From Thermoplasmata archaeon (GTDB taxonomy: Archaea; Thermoplasmatota; Thermoplasmata; Lutacidiplasmatales; UBA184): 64,000 nucleotides of DNA. The notes below the pieces were generated by a model, which searched no databases, was not told where the DNA came from, and saw only the letters and a list, made by a program, of their open reading frames with translations. Position numbers and translations under genes: made by a program. This document shows positions 55,679 to 64,000 of the stretch, piece after piece. The stretch spans positions 3,334-67,333 of the forward strand of contig DATJRX010000005.1 in assembly GCA_035504395.1 (NCBI GenBank). Direction: 5' to 3'. How positions within the stretch are numbered: position 1 is the stretch's first letter; every line of letters begins with the position of its first letter.

Positions 55679-57085
55679 CTAGAACTCCTCGAGCAGCTTC
55701 TGGAACCGGTGGTGCTCCTCGGGCACCTCCACCGGGTAGCGACCGGTGAGGCAGCCGAGGCAGAGGCTCTCCGCGGGCATCGTGATCGCCTCGACCAGGC
55801 CGTCGATCGAGAGGTAGTGCACGGAGTCGGCCCCCACGATCTTCGCGACCTCGGCCTCGTCGCGCCCGTGGGCCACGAGATCGCGTCGGTCCTTCATGTC
55901 AATCCCGAAGTAGCAGGGGGCGCGGATCGGGGGGCATCCGACGCGCACGTCGACCCGGGTCGCGCCGGCGCCCCGCACCATCTGGACGATCTCCCGGAGG
56001 GTGGTGCCGCGGACGATCGAGTCGTCGATCAGGACGACGCGCTTTCCCTTGAGCAGTCCCGGGACGGGATGGAGCTTCACGCGGACCTCGAACTCCCGTC
56101 GCCGCTGGTCCGGCAGGATGAACGTGCGCTCGACGAACCGGTTCTTGATCAGGGCCTCGGCGTACGGGATCTTCGACTCCTCGGCGAAGCCGAGCGCCTG
56201 CGGACGGGCCGAGTCCGGGACGGGGACGATCAGGTCGGCCTCGATCGGGCTCTCGCGCGCGAGTCGCTGGCCGATGCGGTGGCGGACCTCGTAGATCGGG
56301 ACGTTCTCCGCGATCGAGTCCGGTCGGGAGAAGTAGACCCACTCGAACATGCAGTGCGCGCGGTCCCCCGAGCTCGGGATGCGCGAGGAGCGAGCGAGCT
56401 GGCCCTTCTCGAGGACCAGGACCTCCCCGGGCAGTACGTCGCGGACGAGCTTCCCGCCCATCAGCTCGAGCGCGACCGACTCACTCGCGACCGCGACGCC
56501 GCCCTCGACCGTGCCGAAGACCATCGGTCGGATCCCGAGCGGGTCCCGGAACGCGTAGACGCGGTTGCCGACGAGGAGCACGACCGCGTAGCCGCCGATC
56601 AGCTCGGCGCACGCGCGCCGGATCGACGCCTCGAGGTCCCGGGTGTGGGAGTGCTCGATCGCGATCGCCTGCGCCATCGACTCGGTGTCGGCGTTCCCGA
56701 GCAGCTCGATCCCCTGCGTCTGGATGCGGCGCCGGATCCGCTCGTAGTTGACGAGGTCGCCGTTCGCGCCCAGCGCGGCGTCCTCCTCCCGCAGCTTGAA
56801 GACGATCGGCTGCGCGTTCTCGAGGTCCGAGTCGCCGGTGGTCGGGTAGCGGACGTGCCCGATCCCGGTCGAGCCGCGAAGCGCGTCTAGCATCTCCTGC
56901 GTGAAGATCTCGTGGACGAGCCCCATCCCCTTGCGGTGGTGGAGCGTGCCGTGGCTGGTGGTCGCGATCCCGGCGGACTCCTGCCCTCGGTGCTGGAGGG
57001 CGCGCAGCCCGCGGAAGAGGTACGGGGCGGCGCCCTTTCCCTGGAGCGAGACCCCTACCACGCCGCAGCGATCCCGGGCCGGCAT
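55679..57085 (-). CDS. purF: Amidophosphoribosyltransferase
   Basis: CGVVG, LQHRGQESAG, GHVRYPT, CMFEWVYFSRPDS, DDSIVRGTT. Confidence 0.97.
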   Translation of the reverse strand: MPARDRCGVVGVSLQGKGAAPYLFRGLRALQHRGQESAGIATTSHGTLHHRKGMGLVHEIFTQEMLDALRGSTGIGHVRYPTTGDSDLENAQPIVFKLREEDAALGANGDLVNYERIRRRIQTQGIELLGNADTESMAQAIAIEHSHTRDLEASIRRACAELIGGYAVVLLVGNRVYAFRDPLGIRPMVFGTVEGGVAVASESVALELMGGKLVRDVLPGEVLVLEKGQLARSSRIPSSGDRAHCMFEWVYFSRPDSIAENVPIYEVRHRIGQRLARESPIEADLIVPVPDSARPQALGFAEESKIPYAEALIKNRFVERTFILPDQRRREFEVRVKLHPVPGLLKGKRVVLIDDSIVRGTTLREIVQMVRGAGATRVDVRVGCPPIRAPCYFGIDMKDRRDLVAHGRDEAEVAKIVGADSVHYLSIDGLVEAITMPAESLCLGCLTGRYPVEVPEEHHRFQKLLEEF

Positions 57086-57169
57086 CCGAGGAACCTGGGC
57101 GAGAGTAGGCCTCCCGCCCGGTCCACTCGGCCCCGCTTCTTAAGCGGTGCGCACGCGGTTACGCGGGGT

Positions 57170-57487
57170 TCAGCCGAAGAGGGCGGAAAGTCCCTCGGCC
57201 GCCTCTTCCTCGGAGACGCCCTTCTCTTCCTTCTTTTCCTCTTCCTTCTTCTCGCCCTTGCCGTCCTTCTTGTCGGACGGCGGGGCGGCGGCCGGCGCCG
57301 GCGCGGCGAACGTCTCGGCCTTCGCCAGGACCTCGGTCAGGTTCACGCCTTCGAGCGACGCGAGGAGGCCCTTGACGCGGGCGGCGTCCGGGGAGAACCC
57401 GGCTGCGGTCAGGACGCCCGTGAGTCCCTTCTCGTCGATCGGCTTTCCGGCGGCGTTGAGCAGCAGCGCACCATACACGTACTCCAT
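57170..57487 (-). CDS. rpl12: 50S ribosomal protein P1/L12
   Basis: [10 protein letters not shown]...[13 protein letters not shown]. Confidence 0.96.
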   Translation of the reverse strand: MEYVYGALLLNAAGKPIDEKGLTGVLTAAGFSPDAARVKGLLASLEGVNLTEVLAKAETFAAPAPAAAPPSDKKDGKGEKKEEEKKEEKGVSEEEAAEGLSALFG

Positions 57488-57518
57488 CTTTCTCACTCCG
57501 TGGACTTTCGGGGGAACC

Positions 57519-58379
57519 TCAAGTGCCTGTAAGCTTGGCGACCGCGGCCGCCTCGCGCACGGCCTTCGCGAACAGCGGCTCGATCGTCTCGGGCGTAGCG
57601 AACCCGGCGGCGATCGCGAGCCCGAGCGCGCGGCGGTGCGCCTTTGTCAGGAGCAGCGGGGCGGTCTCCTTCGTCGCGTACCCGACCTCGACCGCGAGAC
57701 CGAGCGCCGCGCGCGCGGCCCGCGCGAGCGCGGCGCGCTGGGCGTCGAGATCGATCGAAAGGACCTCGGGCGGGTAGAACGTGTCGCCGTCGACCACCGC
57801 GCGCAGATCGAGGCCGACCTCGAGCGGGAAGACCTCGAGGCGGGTCAGCATCCCCGCGACCTCGCGCGAAATAACGCCGCCGGCCTTCACGATCGTCGTG
57901 TCCTTCTTGAGGACGACCTTCCCCTTCTCGATCGCCGCCGGGAAGCCGGCGTGCTGGAGCTCGCCGACGATCGGACCCGGCTTGAAGTTGGTCGTGCCCG
58001 CGGGGACCGTGATGTCGCTGGGCGCGATCTCGCCCCCGCGCGCCGGGGTCGGCGAGCGCGTCCTCCGGAGCTCCTGGTAGAGCGCGAACGGATTCCCCTC
58101 GGCCGACATCACCGCGGTCTGGTCCTCGACCTTCTCGAGGAGCGGGCGCAGCGACGGACGCTTCTTCGACGCGTTCTCGACCGCGTGGCGGATCGAGCTG
58201 TTGGTCGCGACCCGGATCGGGTGGCCGCGCTGGCGGAGCTCGCGGCGCATCGACTGGAGGGCCGACGCGGGAACCCCTCGGATCCCGATCAACGCCGTCA
58301 TGGGGTGGCCGACGAGCACCTCCTCGAGCTCGGCGACGAGCTGGAGGCGCTCGGGCGGTACGGACCCTCGACCCGGCAT
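57519..58379 (-). CDS. rpl10: 50S ribosomal protein L10/P0
   Basis: [30 protein letters not shown]; between L1 and L12. Confidence 0.94.
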   Translation of the reverse strand: MPGRGSVPPERLQLVAELEEVLVGHPMTALIGIRGVPASALQSMRRELRQRGHPIRVATNSSIRHAVENASKKRPSLRPLLEKVEDQTAVMSAEGNPFALYQELRRTRSPTPARGGEIAPSDITVPAGTTNFKPGPIVGELQHAGFPAAIEKGKVVLKKDTTIVKAGGVISREVAGMLTRLEVFPLEVGLDLRAVVDGDTFYPPEVLSIDLDAQRAALARAARAALGLAVEVGYATKETAPLLLTKAHRRALGLAIAAGFATPETIEPLFAKAVREAAAVAKLTGT

Positions 58380-58386
58380 CGCGACC

Positions 58387-59025
58387 TCACCACATCCGGA
58401 CGGCCGGGCCCATGGTGGTCTTGAGGTAGACCGACTCGATGTTCGTGCGGCCGCGTTCGAGCTTGCCCACGATGCGGTTGAGCACCGCGTCGACGTTCTG
58501 GGCGATCAGTTCCGGCGCCATCGACTGGGTCCCGACCGGGGCGTGGAACGTGCGGTTGCCCTTCGAGCGGACGCGGATCGACCGCTTGAGCGCGTTGACG
58601 AGGTTCGTGGGGTCGCTGCCCGGTGGGACCGGCCGCGGCATCTTGCCGCGGGGACCGAGGACCACGCCGAGCCGCTTGCCGATCGTGGGCATGAGCGGCG
58701 CCTCGGCGAGGAAGAAGTCGATCGAGTTGACGGCCTTCTTCGCGGCCTTCTTGTCCTTCGCGAACTCGTCGAGCTCGTTCGCCGGGACGACGAGGTCGGC
58801 CACTCCGCGGACCTTCTGGAGCAGCTCGGGCGATCCGAACACGGCGACCTTCACGGTCTTCCCGCGGCCGTTCGGCAGCTGGACCTCGTCCTCGAGGCGG
58901 TTCTTCGGGACCGTGAGGTCAAGGTCCTTGAGATTGACCGCGAGCTCGAGCGTTTGCCCGAAGTGGCGCTCGGGCGACTTCCCGAGCACCTCGTTGACGA
59001 CCTCGAGCGACGGACGGTCGGCCAT
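58387..59025 (-). CDS. rpl1: 50S ribosomal protein L1
   Basis: FGQTLELAVNLKD, LGPRGKMP, LKTTMGP. Confidence 0.96.
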   Translation of the reverse strand: MADRPSLEVVNEVLGKSPERHFGQTLELAVNLKDLDLTVPKNRLEDEVQLPNGRGKTVKVAVFGSPELLQKVRGVADLVVPANELDEFAKDKKAAKKAVNSIDFFLAEAPLMPTIGKRLGVVLGPRGKMPRPVPPGSDPTNLVNALKRSIRVRSKGNRTFHAPVGTQSMAPELIAQNVDAVLNRIVGKLERGRTNIESVYLKTTMGPAVRMW

Positions 59026-59151
59026 GAACCCCTCGCGGGCGCGGCGGCCGAGCCAGCCCCTCTACATAAGGCTTAGCGACTCGTCCGTCAGAGCGGCGCC
59101 GCCCGACGCTCCGTTCCCGAGCCGGGGTCGTGAGGACCCCCGGGCTCGCCC

Positions 59152-59469
59152 CTATCCGGCCCGCAACTCGGCCCGCAAGACGCGCAGTCCGTTGCGAAAC
59201 TCCTCGGCGTCCAGCAACGCTCCCGCGGGAACCGAGTCTGCGAACTCGATCGCTTCGAGGAGAAAGGCGTCGGCGCACTGCGCGGTGCAGAACCCGCGTC
59301 CGAGGAACAGGGTCGCGATCGCCTCGGGCGCGCCCCGGAACTCGCTTCGGGGTCCGCCGGCCCGGAAGTCCGTTCCGCACGAGCAGCGCTCGGGGCCACT
59401 CGGCGGCCGCGCCACGAAGGCGAACGGGTTCGGCCGCGATCCCGGGGGTGACGAACCTGGTGCGGCCAT
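59152..59469 (-). CDS. Small hypothetical protein with TRASH/treble-clef-like Cys motif
   Basis: RCSCG...GFCTAQCADAFL. Confidence 0.55.
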   Translation of the reverse strand: MAAPGSSPPGSRPNPFAFVARPPSGPERCSCGTDFRAGGPRSEFRGAPEAIATLFLGRGFCTAQCADAFLLEAIEFADSVPAGALLDAEEFRNGLRVLRAELRAG

Positions 59470-59521
59470 ACCGCGCTGCCGGAAGTAGCAGCGAGCCCAT
59501 CGCGTATCTACGTTCCGTCGA

Positions 59522-60070
59522 TTATCGTCGCCGCCGGTCTCCGTCCAGGATCGGGTGATCCGAGCCGAGGTCGCCGACCGGCTTCTCGAACAGGGTACAG
59601 TCGAGTCCCCCGACGCGGAGGGTCCCGACCGGCCGGAAGCCGAATTCCTGATAGTACCGGTGCAGACGCGCCCGGGCCGTCAAGGTGTCGAGCCGCAGCC
59701 ACGCCCGACCCCGCCGTCGCACCTCTCCCTCCGCCCAGCCGAGGATCGCATAGCCCACTCCGTGGCCGGCGAACTCCCGCCGGACCGCAAGCCGATGGAT
59801 GTAGCCGGCGTCCGGCGGGCGGTTCCCCCAGAAGGGGGTGTCCTCCCACTGGAGGGTCACCGTGGCCAGCGACCGACCGTCCGGGTCGACGGCGACGTAG
59901 AGGTCGCCGCGGTCCAGCGAGGGTCGCACGCGCTCCGCCGGGAACGGGATCGGCCACGGACTCTCGAGCCCCCGGTCGACCTCCCATCGGGCCGCCTCCG
60001 TCAGGATCTCGAGGGCGGAGTCCAACTCGGCCGGCGAGGCTCGGAGGATCCGGAGCGTAGGGGTCGTCAT
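59522..60070 (-). CDS. GNAT N-acetyltransferase
   Basis: YIHRLAVRREFAGHGVG, LRLDT, YYQEFGF. Confidence 0.9.
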   Translation of the reverse strand: MTTPTLRILRASPAELDSALEILTEAARWEVDRGLESPWPIPFPAERVRPSLDRGDLYVAVDPDGRSLATVTLQWEDTPFWGNRPPDAGYIHRLAVRREFAGHGVGYAILGWAEGEVRRRGRAWLRLDTLTARARLHRYYQEFGFRPVGTLRVGGLDCTLFEKPVGDLGSDHPILDGDRRRR

Positions 60071-60176
60071 CCGCGGGCCGAGCGAACGCCCAAGGATACG
60101 GCTGACCCCGGCGGGTCCCGGCCGGGGGTCCGCAGCGCGCGTGGACCCGTCCTTCGAGGAGCCGCGCCCCCAAGCC

Positions 60177-60183
60177 TATATAT
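60177..60183 (+). promoter_or_regulatory. TATA box of the rpl44e operon
   Basis: TATATAT ending about 23 nt before ATG 60207. Confidence 0.7.
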
Positions 60184-60206
60184 GGGACCCGCCTCGGCGG
60201 CCGCCG

Positions 60207-60491
60207 ATGCACTATCCAAAGGTCGTGTCCACGTATTGCCCGAAGTGCAAGACGCACACGGATCACGAAGTCGAGAAGGGGAAGAAGCGCCCCGCCTCCG
60301 AGCTCAAGTGGGGGCAGCGCCGATTCCGCCGCGCGACCAGCGGCTACGGGGGCTTTCCCCGGCCGAAGCCGGAGGGACGCGCGAAGGCCGTCCGCCGAGT
60401 CTACCTGAAGTACCGCTGCAAGAAATGCAAGTACACCGTCCAGCCCGCCAGCTGGCGCGCCACGACGCTCGAGCTCGTGGAGAAGCACTAG
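60207..60491 (+). CDS. rpl44e: 50S ribosomal protein L44e (eL42)
   Basis: TYCPKCKTHT, WGQRRF, GYGG.P.P, YRCKKC. Confidence 0.96.
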   Translation: MHYPKVVSTYCPKCKTHTDHEVEKGKKRPASELKWGQRRFRRATSGYGGFPRPKPEGRAKAVRRVYLKYRCKKCKYTVQPASWRATTLELVEKH

Positions 60492-60498
60492 GGGAACC

Positions 60499-60675
60499 AT
60501 GCGCGGTCCCTCCCCTTTCTGGGTCGTCAAGTGCCCCGATTGCTCCACGGAGCAGACGATCTTCAGCCGGCCCGCCACGACCGTGAACTGCGGCGTCTGC
60601 GGCGCGACGCTCGCGACCCCGACCGGGGGCCGCGCGAAGTTGCGCGGCGAGGTCGTCCGGACGCTCGGCGCCTAG
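60499..60675 (+). CDS. rps27e: 30S ribosomal protein S27e (below the ORF-track cutoff)
   Basis: MRGPSPFWVVKCPDCSTEQTIFSRPATTVNCGVCGATLATPTGGRAKL. Confidence 0.95.
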   Translation: MRGPSPFWVVKCPDCSTEQTIFSRPATTVNCGVCGATLATPTGGRAKLRGEVVRTLGA

Positions 60676-60695
60676 GGTGAGGGTCGTCCGAACGG

Positions 60696-61472
60696 ATGCC
60701 GCTCAGGGCCGAATATCCCGAGGAGGGCGACCTCGTCATCGGGACCGTAACGTCGATCCGGAACTTCGGCGCGTTCGTCACGCTCGACGAGTACGCCGGG
60801 CGCGAGGCGTTCATCCACCTCTCGGAGGTCGCGACGGGCTGGGTCAAGTACATCCGCGACCACATCCGCGAGGGCCAGAAGATCGTCGCCCGGGTGCTCC
60901 GCGTCGACCCCGGGAAGAACCAGATCGACCTGTCGCTCAAGCGCATCAACGACCACCAGCGGCGCGAGAAGACGCAGCAGTGGAAGAACGAGGGCCGGGC
61001 GCTCCGACTGGTCGAGCAGGTCGCGCTGGCCCTGAAGGTCACCGCGGACCAGGGGGCCGACCTGTTCGGCACCTCGCTGATCGAGAAGTACGGGTCGCTG
61101 TTCGCCGCGTTCGAGATCGCCTCGGCCGATCCGAAGCGGTTCCAGAAGGAGAACGAGAAGGCGCCGTGGGTGACGGCGTTCCTCAAGGTCGCGCGCGAGA
61201 ACATCGTGCCGCCGCAGGTCACCATCCTCGGCACGCTCGAGATCACCGACCCCGGGCCGGACGGCGTCGACGGGGTCCGCGCGGCGCTCGCCGCGGCGGA
61301 GAAGGTCGACCCGGCCGCCGTGGAGGTCCACTACGTGGGCGCGCCGAAGTACCGGCTGCGCGTCGTGGCCGGCCAGTACAAGCAGGCCGAGGAGACGTTG
61401 AAGCGGGCCACCGAGGCCGCGATCCAGGCGATCACCGCCGCGGGCGGGGAGGGCTCGTTCGCCCGCGCGTGA
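60696..61472 (+). CDS. eif2a: Translation initiation factor aIF2 alpha
   Basis: YPEEGDLV S1 domain, IHLSEVATGW, IDLSLKR, YVGAPKYRL. Confidence 0.96.
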   Translation: MPLRAEYPEEGDLVIGTVTSIRNFGAFVTLDEYAGREAFIHLSEVATGWVKYIRDHIREGQKIVARVLRVDPGKNQIDLSLKRINDHQRREKTQQWKNEGRALRLVEQVALALKVTADQGADLFGTSLIEKYGSLFAAFEIASADPKRFQKENEKAPWVTAFLKVARENIVPPQVTILGTLEITDPGPDGVDGVRAALAAAEKVDPAAVEVHYVGAPKYRLRVVAGQYKQAEETLKRATEAAIQAITAAGGEGSFARA

Positions 61473-61657
61473 CCGAGTCGATCCTCCGCCTGTGCCGTGG
61501 CTGCGGGCGCTACACGCTCGCCGAGAAGTGCCCGGCGTGCCGGGGCGCGACCCGCACGCCGCATCCCGCTCGCTTCAGCCCGGGAGACCGGTACGGCAAG
61601 TACCGGCGCATGCTGACCGACGCGACCGCGCCGGCGACGGGGGCCGGCCCGGAATGA
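61469..61657 (+). CDS. nop10: H/ACA RNP protein Nop10
   Basis: CRGCGRYTL..CPAC...PHPARFSPGDRYGKYRR. Confidence 0.93.
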   Translation: MTESILRLCRGCGRYTLAEKCPACRGATRTPHPARFSPGDRYGKYRRMLTDATAPATGAGPE

Positions 61658-62184
61658 GCATGTCCGCCGCGATGCACCGCATCAAGGTCGTCAACGACGT
61701 GAGCGACCTCGTCTCGATCCTGCGGGCCGTCGACTCTCCCGTGAAGCTCAAGCTCGTGCAGCGTCTCGGCGAGAGCTGGCTCACCGGCGAGGACGTCGAG
61801 CGGGAGTTCGGGAAGGAAGGGCTCGCCGCGCTCGCGACGTTCGAGAAGCTGCGGCTGATCGACACGCGCTGGGTCGCGCGGGAGGGCCGCAAGCAGCCCG
61901 AGAAGAGCTACCACTTCTACTACTCCACGATCAACATCAACACGACCAGCCCGATCGCCGAGGCGAGCGAGGTGCTCGCGATCGCGATGATGAGCCCGAG
62001 GGAGTACGCGAAGCTCGAGCAGAAGATCCACGAGGCCGTCGGCCCCGAGGGCCGATTCTTCTCGGACGTCGCCGAGGAGCTGGGGATGTCGCCGACCCGG
62101 CTCAAGGGCCTCGTCAAGCGGTCGGACAAGCTGGAGTACCGTGGCCACCGGATCGAGCGGTTCCAGGCGGAAGCGACCCCGTAA
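61654..62184 (+). CDS. Archaeal ArsR-like double-HTH protein
   Basis: IKVVNDVSDLVSIL...IDTRW...PEKSYH.YY; ATGA-coupled to nop10. Confidence 0.78.
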   Translation: MSMSAAMHRIKVVNDVSDLVSILRAVDSPVKLKLVQRLGESWLTGEDVEREFGKEGLAALATFEKLRLIDTRWVAREGRKQPEKSYHFYYSTININTTSPIAEASEVLAIAMMSPREYAKLEQKIHEAVGPEGRFFSDVAEELGMSPTRLKGLVKRSDKLEYRGHRIERFQAEATP

Positions 62185-62713
62185 CCGGCCGCCCCGCGTC
62201 TCGGTCCTGCGCGTCGGCCACCGCGCCGGACGGGATCCCCGTCTGACGACCCACCTCGCGCTTGCGGCCCGGGCGCTCGGCGCCGAGCGGATGTTCCTCC
62301 ACCCCGCGGACCCCGACCTCTCCGCCCGCCTCGCCGAGGTCGTGGCCGACTGGGGCGGGACCTTCGAGGTCGTCGGGGTACCCGACTGGAAGTCGGTGGT
62401 GCGCGCGGCTCCGGGCCCGGTCGTCCACCTCACGATGTACGGGCTGCCGCTCGACCGCGTTCTCCCGCGGATCCGCGGCGCGTCGGACCTCCTCGTCGTC
62501 GTCGGGGGCGCCAAGGTCCCCCCGGATCTCTACCGGCTCGCGGACGCGAACGTCGCGGTGAGCCACCAGCCCCACAGCGAGGTGGCGGCGCTGGCGGTGC
62601 TGCTCGACCGGGTGCTGGGCGTTCCCGGACCGGGCCGCCTCGCCGGCGGCCGACTTGCGGTCGTCCCGCGGGCACGCGGCAAGAAGGTCCGCGAAGTGCG
62701 GAGGTCGCGGTGA
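62141..62713 (+). CDS. trm56: tRNA (cytidine(56)-2'-O)-methyltransferase
   Basis: VLRVGHR..RDPRLTTH.AL.ARALGA, VHLTMYG, VGGAKVP, QPHSEVAALA. Confidence 0.94.
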   Translation: MATGSSGSRRKRPRNRPPRVSVLRVGHRAGRDPRLTTHLALAARALGAERMFLHPADPDLSARLAEVVADWGGTFEVVGVPDWKSVVRAAPGPVVHLTMYGLPLDRVLPRIRGASDLLVVVGGAKVPPDLYRLADANVAVSHQPHSEVAALAVLLDRVLGVPGPGRLAGGRLAVVPRARGKKVREVRRSR

Positions 62714-63696
62714 GCGAGACCCTCCCGCCGATACCGGCCCACGGGCTTCCGGTCGCCGCGCGCGCCCCCGGCAAGTGCATCGTCTTCGGCGAGCACGGGG
62801 TCGTCCACGGGACGCCCGAGCTGCTGTTCGCGCTGGACCTCGAGACGCAGGTGTTCGTTCAGCCAGCGAAGGAGACCCGCCTCAACGGCGACGTCGGCGC
62901 GGCCCGATCGAACGGGTACTTCGCCCGGGCCCTGGAAGCGATGTGGGCCGGTGGGTCGCCGGTCGAGGTTCGCAGCGTCTCGCGCATCCCTCGGGCGGCC
63001 GGGCTCGGGTCGTCGGCCGCGTTCGTCGCGGCGCTCACCGCGGCCCTCGGCGCGGCGACCGGCGGGATCGATCGGGCCACGCTCGCGGAGCGCAGCTTCG
63101 AGATCGAGCGGGGGGCCCAGGGCGTCGGGAGCCCGGGCGATACGACCGCCGTCGTCGGGGGCGGCTTCCTCACGGTGAACGGGCCCGACGGGGCCCCGCT
63201 CTGGACCGTGCGCGACGGCGACCGCCACTGGGACGTGCGCCGCGTCACGGACCCGGGATGGACGTGGGTCGTCGCCCACTCCGGGATCCCGCGCTCGACC
63301 GCCGACGCCGTGAGAGCGGTCGGCGAGCGGCTCGCCCGGCCGGACGGCCCGTCCGTCCTCGACCGGTTCCGACGGGTCGCGACGGACGGCATCTCGGCCG
63401 TCGAGCGCGCGGACCGGGCGGCGACCGCGGAGCTGATGGGCGAGAACCAGCGTCTGCTCCGGGAGGTCGGCGTCTCGCATCCCCGCCTAGAGGCCCTCCT
63501 CCGGGCGGGCGCGCCGGCGGCCGAGGGAGCGAAGTTGACCGGCGCCGGCGCCGGCGGATCGATCGTCGCTCTTCCGCGGCCGGGAAAGGAAGTGGAGCTC
63601 GTGCGACGCCTCGCCCGAGCGGGCGGGCTCGCGTTCGCCGTCCGTCCGGTGCCCGACGGGGCCCGACTGCTGACCGCGTCGGACCCCCGCGGGTGA
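62710..63696 (+). CDS. mvk: Mevalonate kinase (GHMP family)
   Basis: APGKCIVFGEHGVVHG, IPRAAGLGSSAA, SPGDT, GAKLTGAGAGG. Confidence 0.87.
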   Translation: MSETLPPIPAHGLPVAARAPGKCIVFGEHGVVHGTPELLFALDLETQVFVQPAKETRLNGDVGAARSNGYFARALEAMWAGGSPVEVRSVSRIPRAAGLGSSAAFVAALTAALGAATGGIDRATLAERSFEIERGAQGVGSPGDTTAVVGGGFLTVNGPDGAPLWTVRDGDRHWDVRRVTDPGWTWVVAHSGIPRSTADAVRAVGERLARPDGPSVLDRFRRVATDGISAVERADRAATAELMGENQRLLREVGVSHPRLEALLRAGAPAAEGAKLTGAGAGGSIVALPRPGKEVELVRRLARAGGLAFAVRPVPDGARLLTASDPRG

Positions 63697-63702
63697 CGCG
63701 GA

Positions 63703-64000
63703 TCACTTGCGGGCGACGATCCGGATCACGGCGTTCGGTTCGACCGGATGGTCCGCCGCCATCGCACGGTGCGTCCGGCCGTCGACCGCGCGGATGAAGT
63801 TCTTGCCGAGATCGGTGTGGACGCGATAGGCGACCGCGCTCGCCGTGGTCCCCGCGGGGACGAGGAGGGCGTCCGGGAGCACGCGGCCCTGGCCGTCGGT
63901 CCAGTGCGTCTCGTCCTCGACCGGGTAGACCACGATGTAGTGCAACCGCTCGAACACCATCGCCTCGAGGGCCTGCTGGACGCCGGTCGAGCCCCACGTC
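63703..64000 (-). CDS. ychF: Archaeal YchF-like ATPase/GTPase, C-terminal TGS part (5' end outside window)
   Basis: GSTGVQQAL...VVYPVEDE...VLPDALLVP.GTTA...AYRVHTDLG. Confidence 0.85.
   Translation of the reverse strand, partial: TWGSTGVQQALEAMVFERLHYIVVYPVEDETHWTDGQGRVLPDALLVPAGTTASAVAYRVHTDLGKNFIRAVDGRTHRAMAADHPVEPNAVIRIVARK

Noticed and set aside
1..64000. Many long Arg/Pro/Gly-rich overlapping ORFs in the track (e.g. 5607-7730, 24268-26046, 30903-33035, 41464-43737, 50133-52541, 54800-56890)
   Set aside because: Shadow frames of real genes in high-GC DNA with few stop codons; no family motifs
1..64000. tRNA, rRNA, CRISPR array, transposase or integrase
   Set aside because: None seen by eye; T-loop-like strings (e.g. 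near 13119 and 36574) lie inside CDS without a cloverleaf
1..64000. Very frequent CTCGAG, GTCGAC and CGATCG palindromes
   Set aside because: Explained by codon pairs such as CTC-GAG and GTC-GAC; spread uniformly

Overview
A GC-rich (roughly 70%) archaeal chromosomal window. Archaeal translation and replication genes (rpl15e, rpl1-rpl10-rpl12, rpl44e-rps27e-aIF2alpha-nop10, pfdA, ftsY, GINS, fibrillarin-Nop5, aTrm56), TATA-type promoters and Thermoplasmata-type surface proteins suggest a high-GC Thermoplasmata lineage; the lineage is inferred. About 1-41 kb is accessory: detox and stress enzymes, secreted or membrane-anchored proteins, regulators, a probable type IV toxin-antitoxin pair and two divergent class III cyclases. 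About 41.5-64 kb is mostly core, with an embedded VirD4/HerA-like ATPase followed by three KaiC-like genes. I found no tRNA, rRNA, CRISPR array or transposase. Leading observations: (1) the palindrome GTCAA-N6-TTGAC occurs three times, always intergenic and 6-9 nt upstream of a TATA-like element, suggesting a regulon; (2) the VirD4/HerA-like ATPase with one intact and two degenerate KaiC-like proteins; (3) two paralogous HTH_10 regulators flanking a possibly inactive RecA/KaiC-like protein; (4) an ArsR-like/membrane/secreted Pro-Cys module sharing a 31-bp upstream motif; (5) an AbiE-like TA pair; (6) a Nop5 lacking the GAEK/ALFR motif. All calls were made by eye without database searches, and many start codons are estimates.
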